This document shows positions 18,096 to 27,214 of a stretch of DNA of 28,213 nucleotides, piece by piece. Position 1 is the stretch's first letter, and every line of letters starts with the position of its first letter. The notes beneath the pieces were generated by a model. The model did not search any database, was not told where the DNA came from, and saw nothing but the letters and a program-made list of their open reading frames with translations. Source of the stretch: an uncultured Roseburia sp. (GTDB taxonomy: Bacteria; Bacillota; Clostridia; Lachnospirales; Lachnospiraceae); assembly GCA_964457015.1 (NCBI GenBank), contig CAYWDL010000004.1:1-28213 (forward strand), read 5' to 3'. Made by a program: the position numbers and the translations under genes.

Positions 18096-18125
18096 ATAAT
18101 AACATATGAATATTTATATTGTAAA
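18096..18125 (-). promoter_or_regulatory. Putative sigmaA promoter for the rhomboid gene
   Basis: Minus strand TTTACA-18 nt-TATTAT with a TGn extension. Confidence 0.4.
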
Positions 18126-19415
18126 CTATTGAAAAATATAAGTCAAATCTGCAAATGTAATTCTGTCACCAATAGTGAGCTCTGTCAGGGTATATGCTGA
18201 TATTGTGGCATCGTTGACGCGGGTTCCGTTTGAAGAATTTAAGTCCTCTATAAAATATTTTCCCTGTTCCTTTAATATTCTGGCATGGGAACGGCTCACC
18301 GCCGGATGATTTATGACAAGGCTGCAATCATCCTTTTTTCCTACAGTAAATGGATAGCTGCTTATCTCTGCTTCCTGTGAGAAATCCAATCCGCTGTAAA
18401 TCAGATGCCGGTTTTGCAACATTGGATTTACCGATAGTAGAACAGTTTCGTTATTATCCAAAGCTTCATTTGTAGAAGCATCTAAAATGCTTATGTCGGT
18501 GTTTATTCTTATAATATCCCGTTGCACAGGTTCCTCGAGCTTGTCATAAATTCGGTGAAGCGGTGCCTCGCGGATAATATTTGATGCATAAAATATGCAA
18601 AAAACAATGACAGCAATGAGGATTATGAAAAACAATTCTGTTGAATAAAAGGACATTAGTTTAAAAATAATATTTGCAATTAGTATAATTAGTGCACCTG
18701 AAAATATTGATATGTTTTTTATAAGAAAAACTGAATCGTAGGTATAGTTTTCCTTAAGCAGAACATCAGGCTCCTTAAGTATGTTTGTTTCGGCATTTTC
18801 AGTGATTTCAGCAGCAGGCTCCGGTGGGGCTGGCGTTATTCTGACAGCATCAGCATAACTGTTCTTTTCAATAATTGAAAGTAATGATTTTAGGTTAAAA
18901 TCCTCGTTTTGTGTCTCCTGCCAAAGCCCATAGGAAATCAAAACAGTCTTTTCATCATCATGGTCAGCTATGGATAAAAGATAAGCTATAAATTCCTTTA
19001 GGGCAGCATAAAAGTCATCTGTATGATTGGGACAGTAACAAAAGCTGAAGGAAGCAAGGTCTTTATTGAAAAAAATACATTGTGGTATAAGTACCAGATG
19101 GTCGTAATCCAAAAGGTATTTATTCAGGTTCAAAAGAGTGTTATGTAAATCCTTAAAAAAGCTTACAATATCTTTTCTGGTTATTTTGCAATCATAAAAA
19201 TGTGAGTAAAAGGATTGCTTGGAGGTAATATCATAGTAGAAGGAAGGAATATTGTCCTCCATAAACAGCTCCATATGAAGCAGACCATCTATGGAATTGC
19301 GCTTCAGCATTTCTATTTTATAGCTTTCTGAAATCAGGGGTGCATCAAACTGATCCAGTACAAGATAATTTTTATTATACATTTTTTTATATGAGTAGTT
19401 CATAGTTGCCTCCAT
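18126..19415 (-). CDS. DUF6382-like N-terminal domain, two TMs and a C-terminal FHA domain (Tad-locus associated)
   Basis: YKIEMLKRNSIDGLL...YYDITSKQS...FCYCP; two hydrophobic helices; FHA motifs FTVGK...VSRSHA...DLNSSNGT. Confidence 0.8.
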   Translation of the reverse strand: MEATMNYSYKKMYNKNYLVLDQFDAPLISESYKIEMLKRNSIDGLLHMELFMEDNIPSFYYDITSKQSFYSHFYDCKITRKDIVSFFKDLHNTLLNLNKYLLDYDHLVLIPQCIFFNKDLASFSFCYCPNHTDDFYAALKEFIAYLLSIADHDDEKTVLISYGLWQETQNEDFNLKSLLSIIEKNSYADAVRITPAPPEPAAEITENAETNILKEPDVLLKENYTYDSVFLIKNISIFSGALIILIANIIFKLMSFYSTELFFIILIAVIVFCIFYASNIIREAPLHRIYDKLEEPVQRDIIRINTDISILDASTNEALDNNETVLLSVNPMLQNRHLIYSGLDFSQEAEISSYPFTVGKKDDCSLVINHPAVSRSHARILKEQGKYFIEDLNSSNGTRVNDATISAYTLTELTIGDRITFADLTYIFQ

Positions 19416-19417
19416 AA

Positions 19418-19789
19418 TTATTCTTCTGTTATATTTTCAATTAGCTCTGCCGCCACTGAACATTTTCTCAGTAAATCACATTTGTCGAAATATGAACAAC
19501 TGACAGTGCTATTATATTCAGTAGTTTCAATGCTTATCTCTTTATGGTTCATTTCCAAAGTTACAGCATTGTTTGTAAGAGAAAAATTGTTGATGTAATT
19601 TTTAAGAGGAGTAACATCCTCAGAAATGTCGTTGGCGTAATCCTCCGAATTAGGTCCGTTACAGACAAGGTATTTGTAAGCTGAAGCCTTATACAGAACC
19701 ATGTCGTGCAAGCTGAAGGACAAAAAGATTATCATAACCATTATCATTAGTGTAAATGGAAAAATATAAGCTAGTTCAATGGTTTTCAT
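19418..19789 (-). CDS. TadE-like minor pilin without a leader peptide
   Basis: MKTIELAYIFP followed by a hydrophobic helix and LHD; AGGAGG 5 nt upstream; inside the Tad cluster. Confidence 0.65.
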   Translation of the reverse strand: MKTIELAYIFPFTLMIMVMIIFLSFSLHDMVLYKASAYKYLVCNGPNSEDYANDISEDVTPLKNYINNFSLTNNAVTLEMNHKEISIETTEYNSTVSCSYFDKCDLLRKCSVAAELIENITEE

Positions 19790-19801
19790 AAATGCCTCCT
19801 T

Positions 19802-20206
19802 TTATATTAGTGATAGAAGTAAATAGCTTAACAGTATGAAAGGAACAAAGGGAATAGCCTGTTTTTTGTTTCGATTTTTTACAAACAAAATTACACCTGC
19901 CAAAGAGGCGAAAAACAGTGAAAAAAGTATTATGGATATAAGCTCTGTAATACTTAAAAGTAAACCTAAGGTTAGTATTAAAATGCTGTCACCAAGCCCT
20001 AATGAATGGTTGGATATAATGCTTATAATAAGCATAAATATACCGGGAATGAATGCTAAAATATTAAACTCAATCTCAGGCAAAAGCAATGTGAGAATAA
20101 TTGATATAGCACTAAAAATAAGCATTAACCACAGTGGCAGTTTTTTTGAACAAATGTCATATATGGCAGCAGTAGCCATATATACAAGTATAAGTAAAGC
20201 TCTCAT
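19802..20206 (-). CDS. Prepilin peptidase, A24 family (TadV/CpaA-like)
   Basis: Two catalytic Asp motifs AIYD and GLGD, C-terminal IPFVPFI; highly hydrophobic. Start ATG 20206 behind GGAGG. Confidence 0.9.
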   Translation of the reverse strand: MRALLILVYMATAAIYDICSKKLPLWLMLIFSAISIILTLLLPEIEFNILAFIPGIFMLIISIISNHSLGLGDSILILTLGLLLSITELISIILFSLFFASLAGVILFVKNRNKKQAIPFVPFILLSYLLLSLI

Positions 20207-20216
20207 TAGTAACCTC

Positions 20217-21254
20217 CTAATATGAGTATGCCACACAACGGTTGCACGGAGAATAAAGCTCCTTGGCATCCTCGTAATTCATCCTTGTCAAGAAACGTTG
20301 AAGAGAAGGGCAGGTTTCGGAATTATGATAAACGTCATACTCGACAGTTACATATACATACGATACTCCATTTAGCTGCGGACTGCTGAACAGATTGGAG
20401 TTTTGCTTGCAGAATGAGCATAATTGTATGCTTGGATACTCCTTTTTTAACTGAGCCTCATTCTTTAACTCTGTGAATCTTTGGAGGTATGAGCATAGTC
20501 TGTTTTTGTGAAAAACATCCCCATTTTGCGCAACATACACGTAGTAATTGCCAAGTATCAGATTAGTTTTTAACGCTTTTCCGTTAAAAGCCTTAAAATA
20601 GCAGCGGTGGCGTAATTTGAAGGTAAAAACATCCTCAGGGATAAAAGGCATTCGAACCTTGTAGGAAAGCTTTATGTCAAGAGGATAGTCGGTATTTGTG
20701 ACATCAGAGCCCAAAAAGCTTAAACCATCGGAGCCATTTACAATTAAGGAATTATCTGCAAATTCCCTGATGTCATCGGTGATAAAAAGACTGCTTATGG
20801 CAATGGTTCCGGCAGTATCTATTACAACCTTTTCAAGTAAGGAATTCTCATCGTCATTTAGATTGACGTTTGCACTTGTTGTAACACAGGTTGAAGAACT
20901 GATGATTTTAGCAGTGTTTTCAAGCTGTATCTGCATAGTTGTCTGAATGTATATAAGGTTAAAAAAATACAATATTGTCACCATGGCAAATACAAATAAG
21001 GGTAAAACAAATGCTGCTTCCACAGTTATGCTACCGCCAGGGTTGGCAGATAAAAATGTCCTTTTTGCTTTGTTTAACGGAGAAACAAATTTCATGAAAT
21101 ATGTAGGGGAATAATATTTTCGACAATTTGTTTTTCTTTTTGATTTTATCTTAGTCTTATGCCTTATTGATTGGAGAGACAATTTAATAGATTTGGTGTA
21201 ACCTATTTTTGATTTTTTGCAACATCGATTTATTAATACAAAGAAAAAGGACAT
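20217..21254 (-). CDS. TadE-like minor pilin with a long basic leader and two C-terminal His/Cys repeats
   Basis: Class III signal G|SITVEAAFVLPLF; C-terminal FH...C...CSFC and YH...C...CNRC. Confidence 0.8.
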   Translation of the reverse strand: MSFFFVLINRCCKKSKIGYTKSIKLSLQSIRHKTKIKSKRKTNCRKYYSPTYFMKFVSPLNKAKRTFLSANPGGSITVEAAFVLPLFVFAMVTILYFFNLIYIQTTMQIQLENTAKIISSSTCVTTSANVNLNDDENSLLEKVVIDTAGTIAISSLFITDDIREFADNSLIVNGSDGLSFLGSDVTNTDYPLDIKLSYKVRMPFIPEDVFTFKLRHRCYFKAFNGKALKTNLILGNYYVYVAQNGDVFHKNRLCSYLQRFTELKNEAQLKKEYPSIQLCSFCKQNSNLFSSPQLNGVSYVYVTVEYDVYHNSETCPSLQRFLTRMNYEDAKELYSPCNRCVAYSY

Positions 21255-21269
21255 ATTTATCTACCCTCC

Positions 21270-22757
21270 TTAGCGGTAATAGTAATTGTGTGTAAATGTG
21301 TAGGTTGGCGCAAAGTACGTGTTATGATAAAAGTTTACTGTTGAAAAAATGTCGCTGGATTTGTAGGTAAAATCGCATGATGCGCCAATAATACAATTTG
21401 TAATTGAAAAGGTGTCGTTTATATTAGTTACAAAATCAAGCTGAATCAAATCAAGCGCTCTGATTGAAAGCGTATGTATATCCTTTGAGAAAAGAAGCAT
21501 TTCCAAATAATTGTTGTAGCTTAGGCCGGGAGAGGTACGCAGGGCACCCTCTGTTTCATAATCAAATTCAAGCATATTCTCAATGGAAAGAGACCAGTCA
21601 TCGGCAGTTTTGAGTAAGGGGATTTCTTCGCCTGCAAGCAAGTCCCGTACATCTATGACCGCTTCGGCCAATGACCATATACAGATTAAAAGACTCTGTA
21701 TTATTATGGGCAGGGCCGGAATAAAAGCGGTGGTTTCTGCAATTGCGGAGAGTGTATTCATTTTCTCCTGGTCAGAAAGTATATGAATTACATTAAAACC
21801 GAACCTTAGTAGGACAAGCTCCTTGGCGGTATCCGTAAGATTAAATTCATCACTTCGATTGCCACAGAGAATATATTCAAGCTGATAATCAAGAGCAGAT
21901 TCTTTTACAGGAGTAGTGTAGGATGAAAAATGTTCATTCAGATACTCGCAGAAAAGAAAGCTGTCTAATGGATTATAAGTAATGGTTTGATTCTCGGTGC
22001 CAATATTAATATAAGTGGAAGGAAAGCCTGCTCGGTCAATCATTTTATAAGATATATCCGAGGGGGATTCTACCAGATAATAAATGAGCATATCGTTAAA
22101 AACGTGCTGAAGACTTTTCAACGCATCCTGTGTGAAGGATTCGGATAAATCAATATCCGTCTCGTAATTTTCATCAACTATTTCCGTATTAGCTACTTCA
22201 ACCATATCCACAAGGGGGCCTAAGTCCAAAGCCTCGAAAGTATCCGCTGACAGCTCACCGTTTGCAAGGTCTGTAAGCTTGGAGGGGTCATACTCAACGT
22301 CAGAGTCAGAAAGCAGATAGTCCGCAATATTAGTTATTTCACGATACTGCATATACGATAGAACCTGATGGATAAAGGTTTCACCATAATTGTCTGTGAA
22401 ATTTGAGAAGTTGTTTATTTCAATGCTTTCAAAGGAGCTTTTTAAAAATGAACCTCCGTTTTCAAGGATGCTGTCACTTAAGTTAAGATTCTTTACTATG
22501 TATGAGCTCATATTGTTTTTAAAATCTTTATTGTCGCTTACAACGGCAAAGACATGATAATTCTCCCAAAGCTGCGTACAGTAGTTAGAAAATACTGAAT
22601 CCATGCAGGTTGCAGTTACACCCTCTAAATATGCTGAAACAGCAATTCTTCGGGCACTCTCAAGGGTGCTGAATATAACACTTATAATTAGGGTAAGAGT
22701 AAGTGCAAGAAATATTGTAATACTGCCGTCATTTACTTTTTTTTCACAATAGTTCAT
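21270..22757 (-). CDS. Large pilin-like protein (DUF5702/TadG-like)
   Basis: G|SITIFLAL hydrophobic N-terminus; YQLEYILCG..SD..N, WSLAEAVIDVRDLLAG, LSYNNYL motifs. Confidence 0.75.
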   Translation of the reverse strand: MNYCEKKVNDGSITIFLALTLTLIISVIFSTLESARRIAVSAYLEGVTATCMDSVFSNYCTQLWENYHVFAVVSDNKDFKNNMSSYIVKNLNLSDSILENGGSFLKSSFESIEINNFSNFTDNYGETFIHQVLSYMQYREITNIADYLLSDSDVEYDPSKLTDLANGELSADTFEALDLGPLVDMVEVANTEIVDENYETDIDLSESFTQDALKSLQHVFNDMLIYYLVESPSDISYKMIDRAGFPSTYINIGTENQTITYNPLDSFLFCEYLNEHFSSYTTPVKESALDYQLEYILCGNRSDEFNLTDTAKELVLLRFGFNVIHILSDQEKMNTLSAIAETTAFIPALPIIIQSLLICIWSLAEAVIDVRDLLAGEEIPLLKTADDWSLSIENMLEFDYETEGALRTSPGLSYNNYLEMLLFSKDIHTLSIRALDLIQLDFVTNINDTFSITNCIIGASCDFTYKSSDIFSTVNFYHNTYFAPTYTFTHNYYYR

Positions 22758-22759
22758 AG

Positions 22760-22963
22760 CTAAAATTCATTAATCTGGTCTGTAATTTTATCGAAAATAC
22801 TGTCAATTATAGATATTATATTTTCTCTGAAAATTACAATTAATCCAACCAATACTAAAAGTATCATAACCATTTCTATGGAACCGATACCATCCTGGTT
22901 TTCGCTGAATAAATAGATGTTTCTTTTTAAGCTGATAATAAAATTATTAATTAGTTTTTTCAT
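22760..22963 (-). CDS. Flp1-like major pilin (Tad/Flp, type IVc)
   Basis: 67 aa; QDG|IGSIE cleavage site with Glu5 and a hydrophobic helix; AGGAGG upstream. Confidence 0.9.
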   Translation of the reverse strand: MKKLINNFIISLKRNIYLFSENQDGIGSIEMVMILLVLVGLIVIFRENIISIIDSIFDKITDQINEF

Positions 22964-22987
22964 TATAGACCTCCTAAAAAATGTTAA

Positions 22988-23536
22988 TTAGTTAATGTTT
23001 ACAGAATTTAATGCCGGTATCATAATAAGAATAAGTATGACAATGAATATCATCATCATAGGTAATAGAAGCTTCGTGCCGGCTTCACCGCTTTTCTTTA
23101 TTACATATTGTTTTTCAGCCTCATAGGATTTGGATACCTCATCACGTAAAATCATTTCCAAATCGGCAGAGCCCTTCAATAGATTTCGGTAAAGAAGATT
23201 GCCGAATCTCAAAAAGCAAGGGGCCTTACAGCGTTTGCCAAACAGCTTGTATTCGTCAGCCTCGCTACAACCCTGCTGTATTCGATTCAAGGTATGCCTA
23301 AGATTGACATAGAGCATGTTTTCTGATTTAGGATAAAGCTTTTCATAATCGCTGCAAAGCTTCTCCAATGCGCCATTTATGGTCATTCCCGCGCTATATA
23401 AAAGTGTAAGTCTTGAGACCATATGAGGATACTCCATGGTAAGCTCATGAATGTATTTTTCTGTTGCCTTTTTTTCATCACGCAGATATGCAAAAATAAA
23501 AAGCGGAATAGTGAAAATGGCAATAATTAAAAACAC
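22988..23536 (-). CDS. TadC-like platform protein, C-terminal T2SSF domain (probably the distal part of a frameshifted gene)
   Basis: EYPHMVSRLTLLYSAGMT, FGKRC, NLLKGS, GEAGTKLLLPM; GTG start with no clear SD. Confidence 0.75.
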   Translation of the reverse strand: MFLIIAIFTIPLFIFAYLRDEKKATEKYIHELTMEYPHMVSRLTLLYSAGMTINGALEKLCSDYEKLYPKSENMLYVNLRHTLNRIQQGCSEADEYKLFGKRCKAPCFLRFGNLLYRNLLKGSADLEMILRDEVSKSYEAEKQYVIKKSGEAGTKLLLPMMMIFIVILILIMIPALNSVNIN

Positions 23537-23555
23537 ACCCGGTGAGAAGGTATCA

Positions 23556-24269
23556 TTAGGGAGGACATATAAATATTGGAATAGTTAATGTAGCGCTGAC
23601 GTCATTTAGAGTAAGCTGGGCATACGCAAAGGTTGAACAGCCGTCTGCGGATACATTGTCATATATGATATTTCCGGAATTGTCCACCACATTATCCGGC
23701 TCAAAGGACCAGGATATGATAATATTTTCTTCTCCGTATTCAGTAATAAGATTAAGGGGCTTGTCGACGGACATATAGCTTTCATTTTCATCGAGAAACA
23801 AGCTTTCAATGTCTTCGCGGTAGCTCTCAAATATGGAAATGGTATCCTTTATTTTAATGTATTTTTCATCCTCAAGAGCCGATGAAGAAGTAGCGCCCGT
23901 AGAAGCATCTGTCTCATTGGAACTAATATCTAATGAAGGCTGGGTCTTTGAAAACTCTTCTTTGGATGCTTGCTTCGAAGCCGGGGTTGTAAAGGAATAT
24001 ATTAGTCCGAAAAAAATAATAATGGTAAATGAACATATGCCAAGTGATACGGACCTTAGTTTCGTGTACAGCTTTTCCTTTGATGAATCGTTCTTTTGCC
24101 CTTTTAAAAAGACAAAAGCAAGGTCGATTATAACCATGGAAAATCCGTATATAGGTTTTAGTGGAGCACTCTTTTTATCCAGAGAACAATATTCCTGGAA
24201 TTTGTATTTTCTAAACGAAATGATAAGTGCTATGATGACGCAAATAATAAGTAAAAAAATGTATTTCAA
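23556..24269 (-). CDS. Membrane protein with an extracytoplasmic beta-rich domain, probably the N-terminal part of the TadC-like gene
   Basis: TTG start behind AGGAGG; several hydrophobic segments, a Ser/Thr linker, then LNL...ISW...VVDNSGNI; ends 19 nt before the TadC domain ORF. Confidence 0.65.
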   Translation of the reverse strand: MKYIFLLIICVIIALIISFRKYKFQEYCSLDKKSAPLKPIYGFSMVIIDLAFVFLKGQKNDSSKEKLYTKLRSVSLGICSFTIIIFFGLIYSFTTPASKQASKEEFSKTQPSLDISSNETDASTGATSSSALEDEKYIKIKDTISIFESYREDIESLFLDENESYMSVDKPLNLITEYGEENIIISWSFEPDNVVDNSGNIIYDNVSADGCSTFAYAQLTLNDVSATLTIPIFICPP

Positions 24270-24270
24270 A

Positions 24271-25023
24271 CTATAACCTCCTGGTGAATTTTAGTATATT
24301 GTTAGCTATGACAAGGCTTGCAAAATAAATGGATAAGGCAATGGTCATAACAAGGATACCGAACACATTATGATATAAGGGTGTGAAAAAACCAGGCTGG
24401 GTAAAATCCACATATTTTATGATTAGCAAAGGAAATGCAGCCATAATATATAGTTCGTATCGTGATGAGGATACAGCAGTTGAAATCTGATTTTTTAAGC
24501 TTATTTCTTCACCGATTGCCTCAGAAGCGTTTTTTATAATATTTATCATGTCACCGCCGTTTTTCTTGACTATAGAAATAACCTCAGAAAAGCTGTGAAT
24601 ATCATTTAAACCACTTCTAATGGAAAAATTCTTAAGAATTTCCTCCAATGGAATATTAAGACGTAATTTACCCGTCATAATAAGAGCTTCCTTGTACATA
24701 TAGCTTTTTTTGCCAAATAAAGTGTCCATTTCTGCAAGACTTTCGCTGATTGCATTTTCTAAAGCGTAACCGGAGGTTAAGGAGGTATTCAATGAGAATA
24801 ACCATTCCTTAAACTCCAGTAATAGCTTCTCTTTTTGCCTGTTAATCAAACGCTCCTTTAGAAATTTATAGTAAAATTTCAGCAGAAAAAGCGAGAGGAT
24901 AACAGGTATTAATGAATCATAAAACAGCAGGGAATATACAGCTGAAATACCCATAAAGACGCAAGTGTATAGTACTCCCTCAGTGAGATTGAAATTATAT
25001 GTGGTATAATCTTTTTCTGTCAT
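24271..25023 (-). CDS. tadB: TadB-like platform protein (T2SSF family)
   Basis: DYTTY N-terminus, EFKE...SLTSGYALENA, FSIRSG, KKNGGDM, GFFTPLYHN; directly follows the ATPase. Confidence 0.82.
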   Translation of the reverse strand: MTEKDYTTYNFNLTEGVLYTCVFMGISAVYSLLFYDSLIPVILSLFLLKFYYKFLKERLINRQKEKLLLEFKEWLFSLNTSLTSGYALENAISESLAEMDTLFGKKSYMYKEALIMTGKLRLNIPLEEILKNFSIRSGLNDIHSFSEVISIVKKNGGDMINIIKNASEAIGEEISLKNQISTAVSSSRYELYIMAAFPLLIIKYVDFTQPGFFTPLYHNVFGILVMTIALSIYFASLVIANNILKFTRRL

Positions 25024-25035
25024 TTCGCCTCCTGT

Positions 25036-26235
25036 TTAAAGATTCAGTCTGACTCCTTTAAAGTCAGCCTTTCTAGTATTGATGAATTGATTTGAAGTTC
25101 TTGTAAGGACGGTAGTTTTATCTCTTACAAATATTGGATTAAGAATAATATCGTTACCGTCAAAATCGGCTACCTCGCTAATTTCAAGTACACGCCTGCT
25201 TTTGTCAGACATTCTTCCAAGATGTATGATTACATCAATGGCAGAGGCTATCTGACTGCGTATGGCAGGAATAGGCATATTTGCGCCCATTAAGACCATT
25301 GTTTCCAGTCGGGTTAGCATATCCTTTGCACTATTAGCATGGCCGGTGGACAGACTTCCGTCATGGCCTGTATTCATGGCCTGAAGCATTGAAAGAGCTT
25401 CAAAACCACGAACTTCACCTACAATGATTCTGTCAGGCCTCATTCTCAGAGCGCTTTTTATCAAGGCTTCAATTGTTATTTCGTTGTTGCCTTCGGTATT
25501 GGCCTTGCGTGCTTCGAGACGAATGAGATTTTTTATATTTTTTATTTGAAGCTCCGCAGAATCTTCAATGGTTATTATGCGCTCATCCTCCGGTATATAA
25601 TTAGAAAGGAGATTTAAAAAGGTGGTTTTTCCAGAACCTGTACCTCCACTAATAAAAATGTTGTAGCCGGCAATAACCAGACTACGAAGAAAATTTGCCG
25701 CTTCATCTGTAATAGAGTCAATGGAAATAAGTTTATCCATGGTATAGGAAAAGTTAGGAAATTTTCTTATAGTTATAGCCGGACCATCAATAGATACAGG
25801 ACTAAGAACAATATTTACTCTTGAACCATCAGGCAGGCGTGAGTCCGTGATAGGCGAAGCCTCATTCACGCGCCTGTTGGCAAGAGCCACCATATGCTGA
25901 ATTGTATCAATCAGTTTTTCCGGATTTTCAAAGCTGCGGTTTGCATTTTCGATTCTGCCGTTGCGCTCAATGAAAATATTATTGTAGCCGTTCACCATTA
26001 TCTCTGAAATGCTGTCATCATCAATTAATTCCTGTAGTACATCCAATCCGTAAATAGAGTTGTAAACCTGATGCTTTAGCTCGCTCACAGCCTCAAAAGG
26101 TATGTATTTTACGTGCTCGTGCTGATGCAGGGCTTCATCTATCAGTGTGTACACCTGAGCTTTGTCGGGATTTTCAGTAAGTACTATTTTGGATAAGACA
26201 GCTTCCCGTATGTCCTTAACTGAAGGAGTGTTCAT
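25036..26235 (-). CDS. cpaF: Tad pilus assembly ATPase CpaF/TadA
   Basis: ISEIMVNG, RLPDGSRVN, Walker A GGTGSGKTT, TIEDSAEL, LRMRPDRIIVGEVRG, MNTGHDGSLSTGHANS. Confidence 0.96.
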   Translation of the reverse strand: MNTPSVKDIREAVLSKIVLTENPDKAQVYTLIDEALHQHEHVKYIPFEAVSELKHQVYNSIYGLDVLQELIDDDSISEIMVNGYNNIFIERNGRIENANRSFENPEKLIDTIQHMVALANRRVNEASPITDSRLPDGSRVNIVLSPVSIDGPAITIRKFPNFSYTMDKLISIDSITDEAANFLRSLVIAGYNIFISGGTGSGKTTFLNLLSNYIPEDERIITIEDSAELQIKNIKNLIRLEARKANTEGNNEITIEALIKSALRMRPDRIIVGEVRGFEALSMLQAMNTGHDGSLSTGHANSAKDMLTRLETMVLMGANMPIPAIRSQIASAIDVIIHLGRMSDKSRRVLEISEVADFDGNDIILNPIFVRDKTTVLTRTSNQFINTRKADFKGVRLNL

Positions 26236-27181
26236 AAGACACCTCCTTAAGCAGCCTTAGATAGTCTGATTTATCCTGAAGAATGGTGATTTGTGGAATG
26301 TTAATCCTTTTAAATAAGCTTTTATCCAGATTGGTTGTGTGGGATAAATATTCGAAAAATGATTCCACTTTTTTCATAGAAACATAATCAGTAAGCTGTG
26401 GCATATAAATAGTATCGCAAAGCTTAAAGAATTCTTCTGATGAAGGAAATGAATCTGAAATATCAAAAACAATATTTTTATATAGCCCTGATTCCGCGAT
26501 GGCTTTTATCAGATTACACCAGGTTGTAATATCAGTAGTTTTTATGCGAGCAGGTGTAAGCGGTGGGCATATAAAGCTTAATTCATAAAATTTGTAAGTT
26601 AAGGATAACAATTTGTTTTTTAAACAATCAATATCCTCCTTGTAATAAAAGAGTAAATCAGAGATATCTCTAAATGTAGTGTCGTTAATAAATTCCTTGA
26701 GTATGGAAAAGGTGTCAAAGCTAATAAGCAGGGTTGGTTCAGTCTCTGAAAGTTTTGTACCGATGCTTATGGAAAGGCTTGTTTTTCCACATCTGTTAAC
26801 AGGGGAGTAGACTCCAATTATCCGACATTGTTCATTTGAGACAGGGGTTGTTCTACCTGAATAAGAACCCGCCTGTTCCATGATTTTTCTAAGGAGAATA
26901 TCAGCCGGCTGATACTTGGACAAGCATATATAATCCTCGCATGTATCCGAATCATCAACCGTAAGATAAAAAATATCACCAATATCTTTATCTTTTATAA
27001 AATCAGGAATAAATGAAGTTATAAGAATATCAATGGCTTTAAGAGAGTATTTATTAAACGCATCCAAATCACTAAACACAATAATATCGTAAGGGAAATC
27101 ATCTCTTAGTCTTAGATATTCAGATAAATGGTGAAGGTAATCAATATCAGAATCGTAAATGGCAACAATGCCATCTCTCAT
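26216..27181 (-). CDS. CpaE/TadZ-like protein (atypical receiver plus MinD/ParA-like ATPase)
   Basis: VAIYDSDIDY receiver-like start, KYQPA, IIGVYSPVNRCGKTS P-loop, ISDLLFY. Start ATG 27181 behind GGAGGTG; overlaps the cpaF start. Confidence 0.75.
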   Translation of the reverse strand: MRDGIVAIYDSDIDYLHHLSEYLRLRDDFPYDIIVFSDLDAFNKYSLKAIDILITSFIPDFIKDKDIGDIFYLTVDDSDTCEDYICLSKYQPADILLRKIMEQAGSYSGRTTPVSNEQCRIIGVYSPVNRCGKTSLSISIGTKLSETEPTLLISFDTFSILKEFINDTTFRDISDLLFYYKEDIDCLKNKLLSLTYKFYELSFICPPLTPARIKTTDITTWCNLIKAIAESGLYKNIVFDISDSFPSSEEFFKLCDTIYMPQLTDYVSMKKVESFFEYLSHTTNLDKSLFKRINIPQITILQDKSDYLRLLKEVSYEHSFS

Positions 27182-27214
27182 ATTCACACCTCCAAACAAG
27201 TTGCTAAAAATCGA

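Noticed and set aside
19483..21125. Isolated perfect 0A boxes at 19483-19489 and 21119-21125
   Set aside because: Single intragenic 7-mers are expected by chance; they show that only the clustered intergenic set at 15203-15266 merits attention.
14067..24276. Short alternative ORFs (14067-14267, 14809-15042, 15177-15410, 15472-15690, 16671-16895, 17067-17315, 19836-20225, 20698-20946, 21583-21786, 23606-23830, 23833-24276)
   Set aside because: They overlap real genes on the other strand or frame and show no recognisable features.
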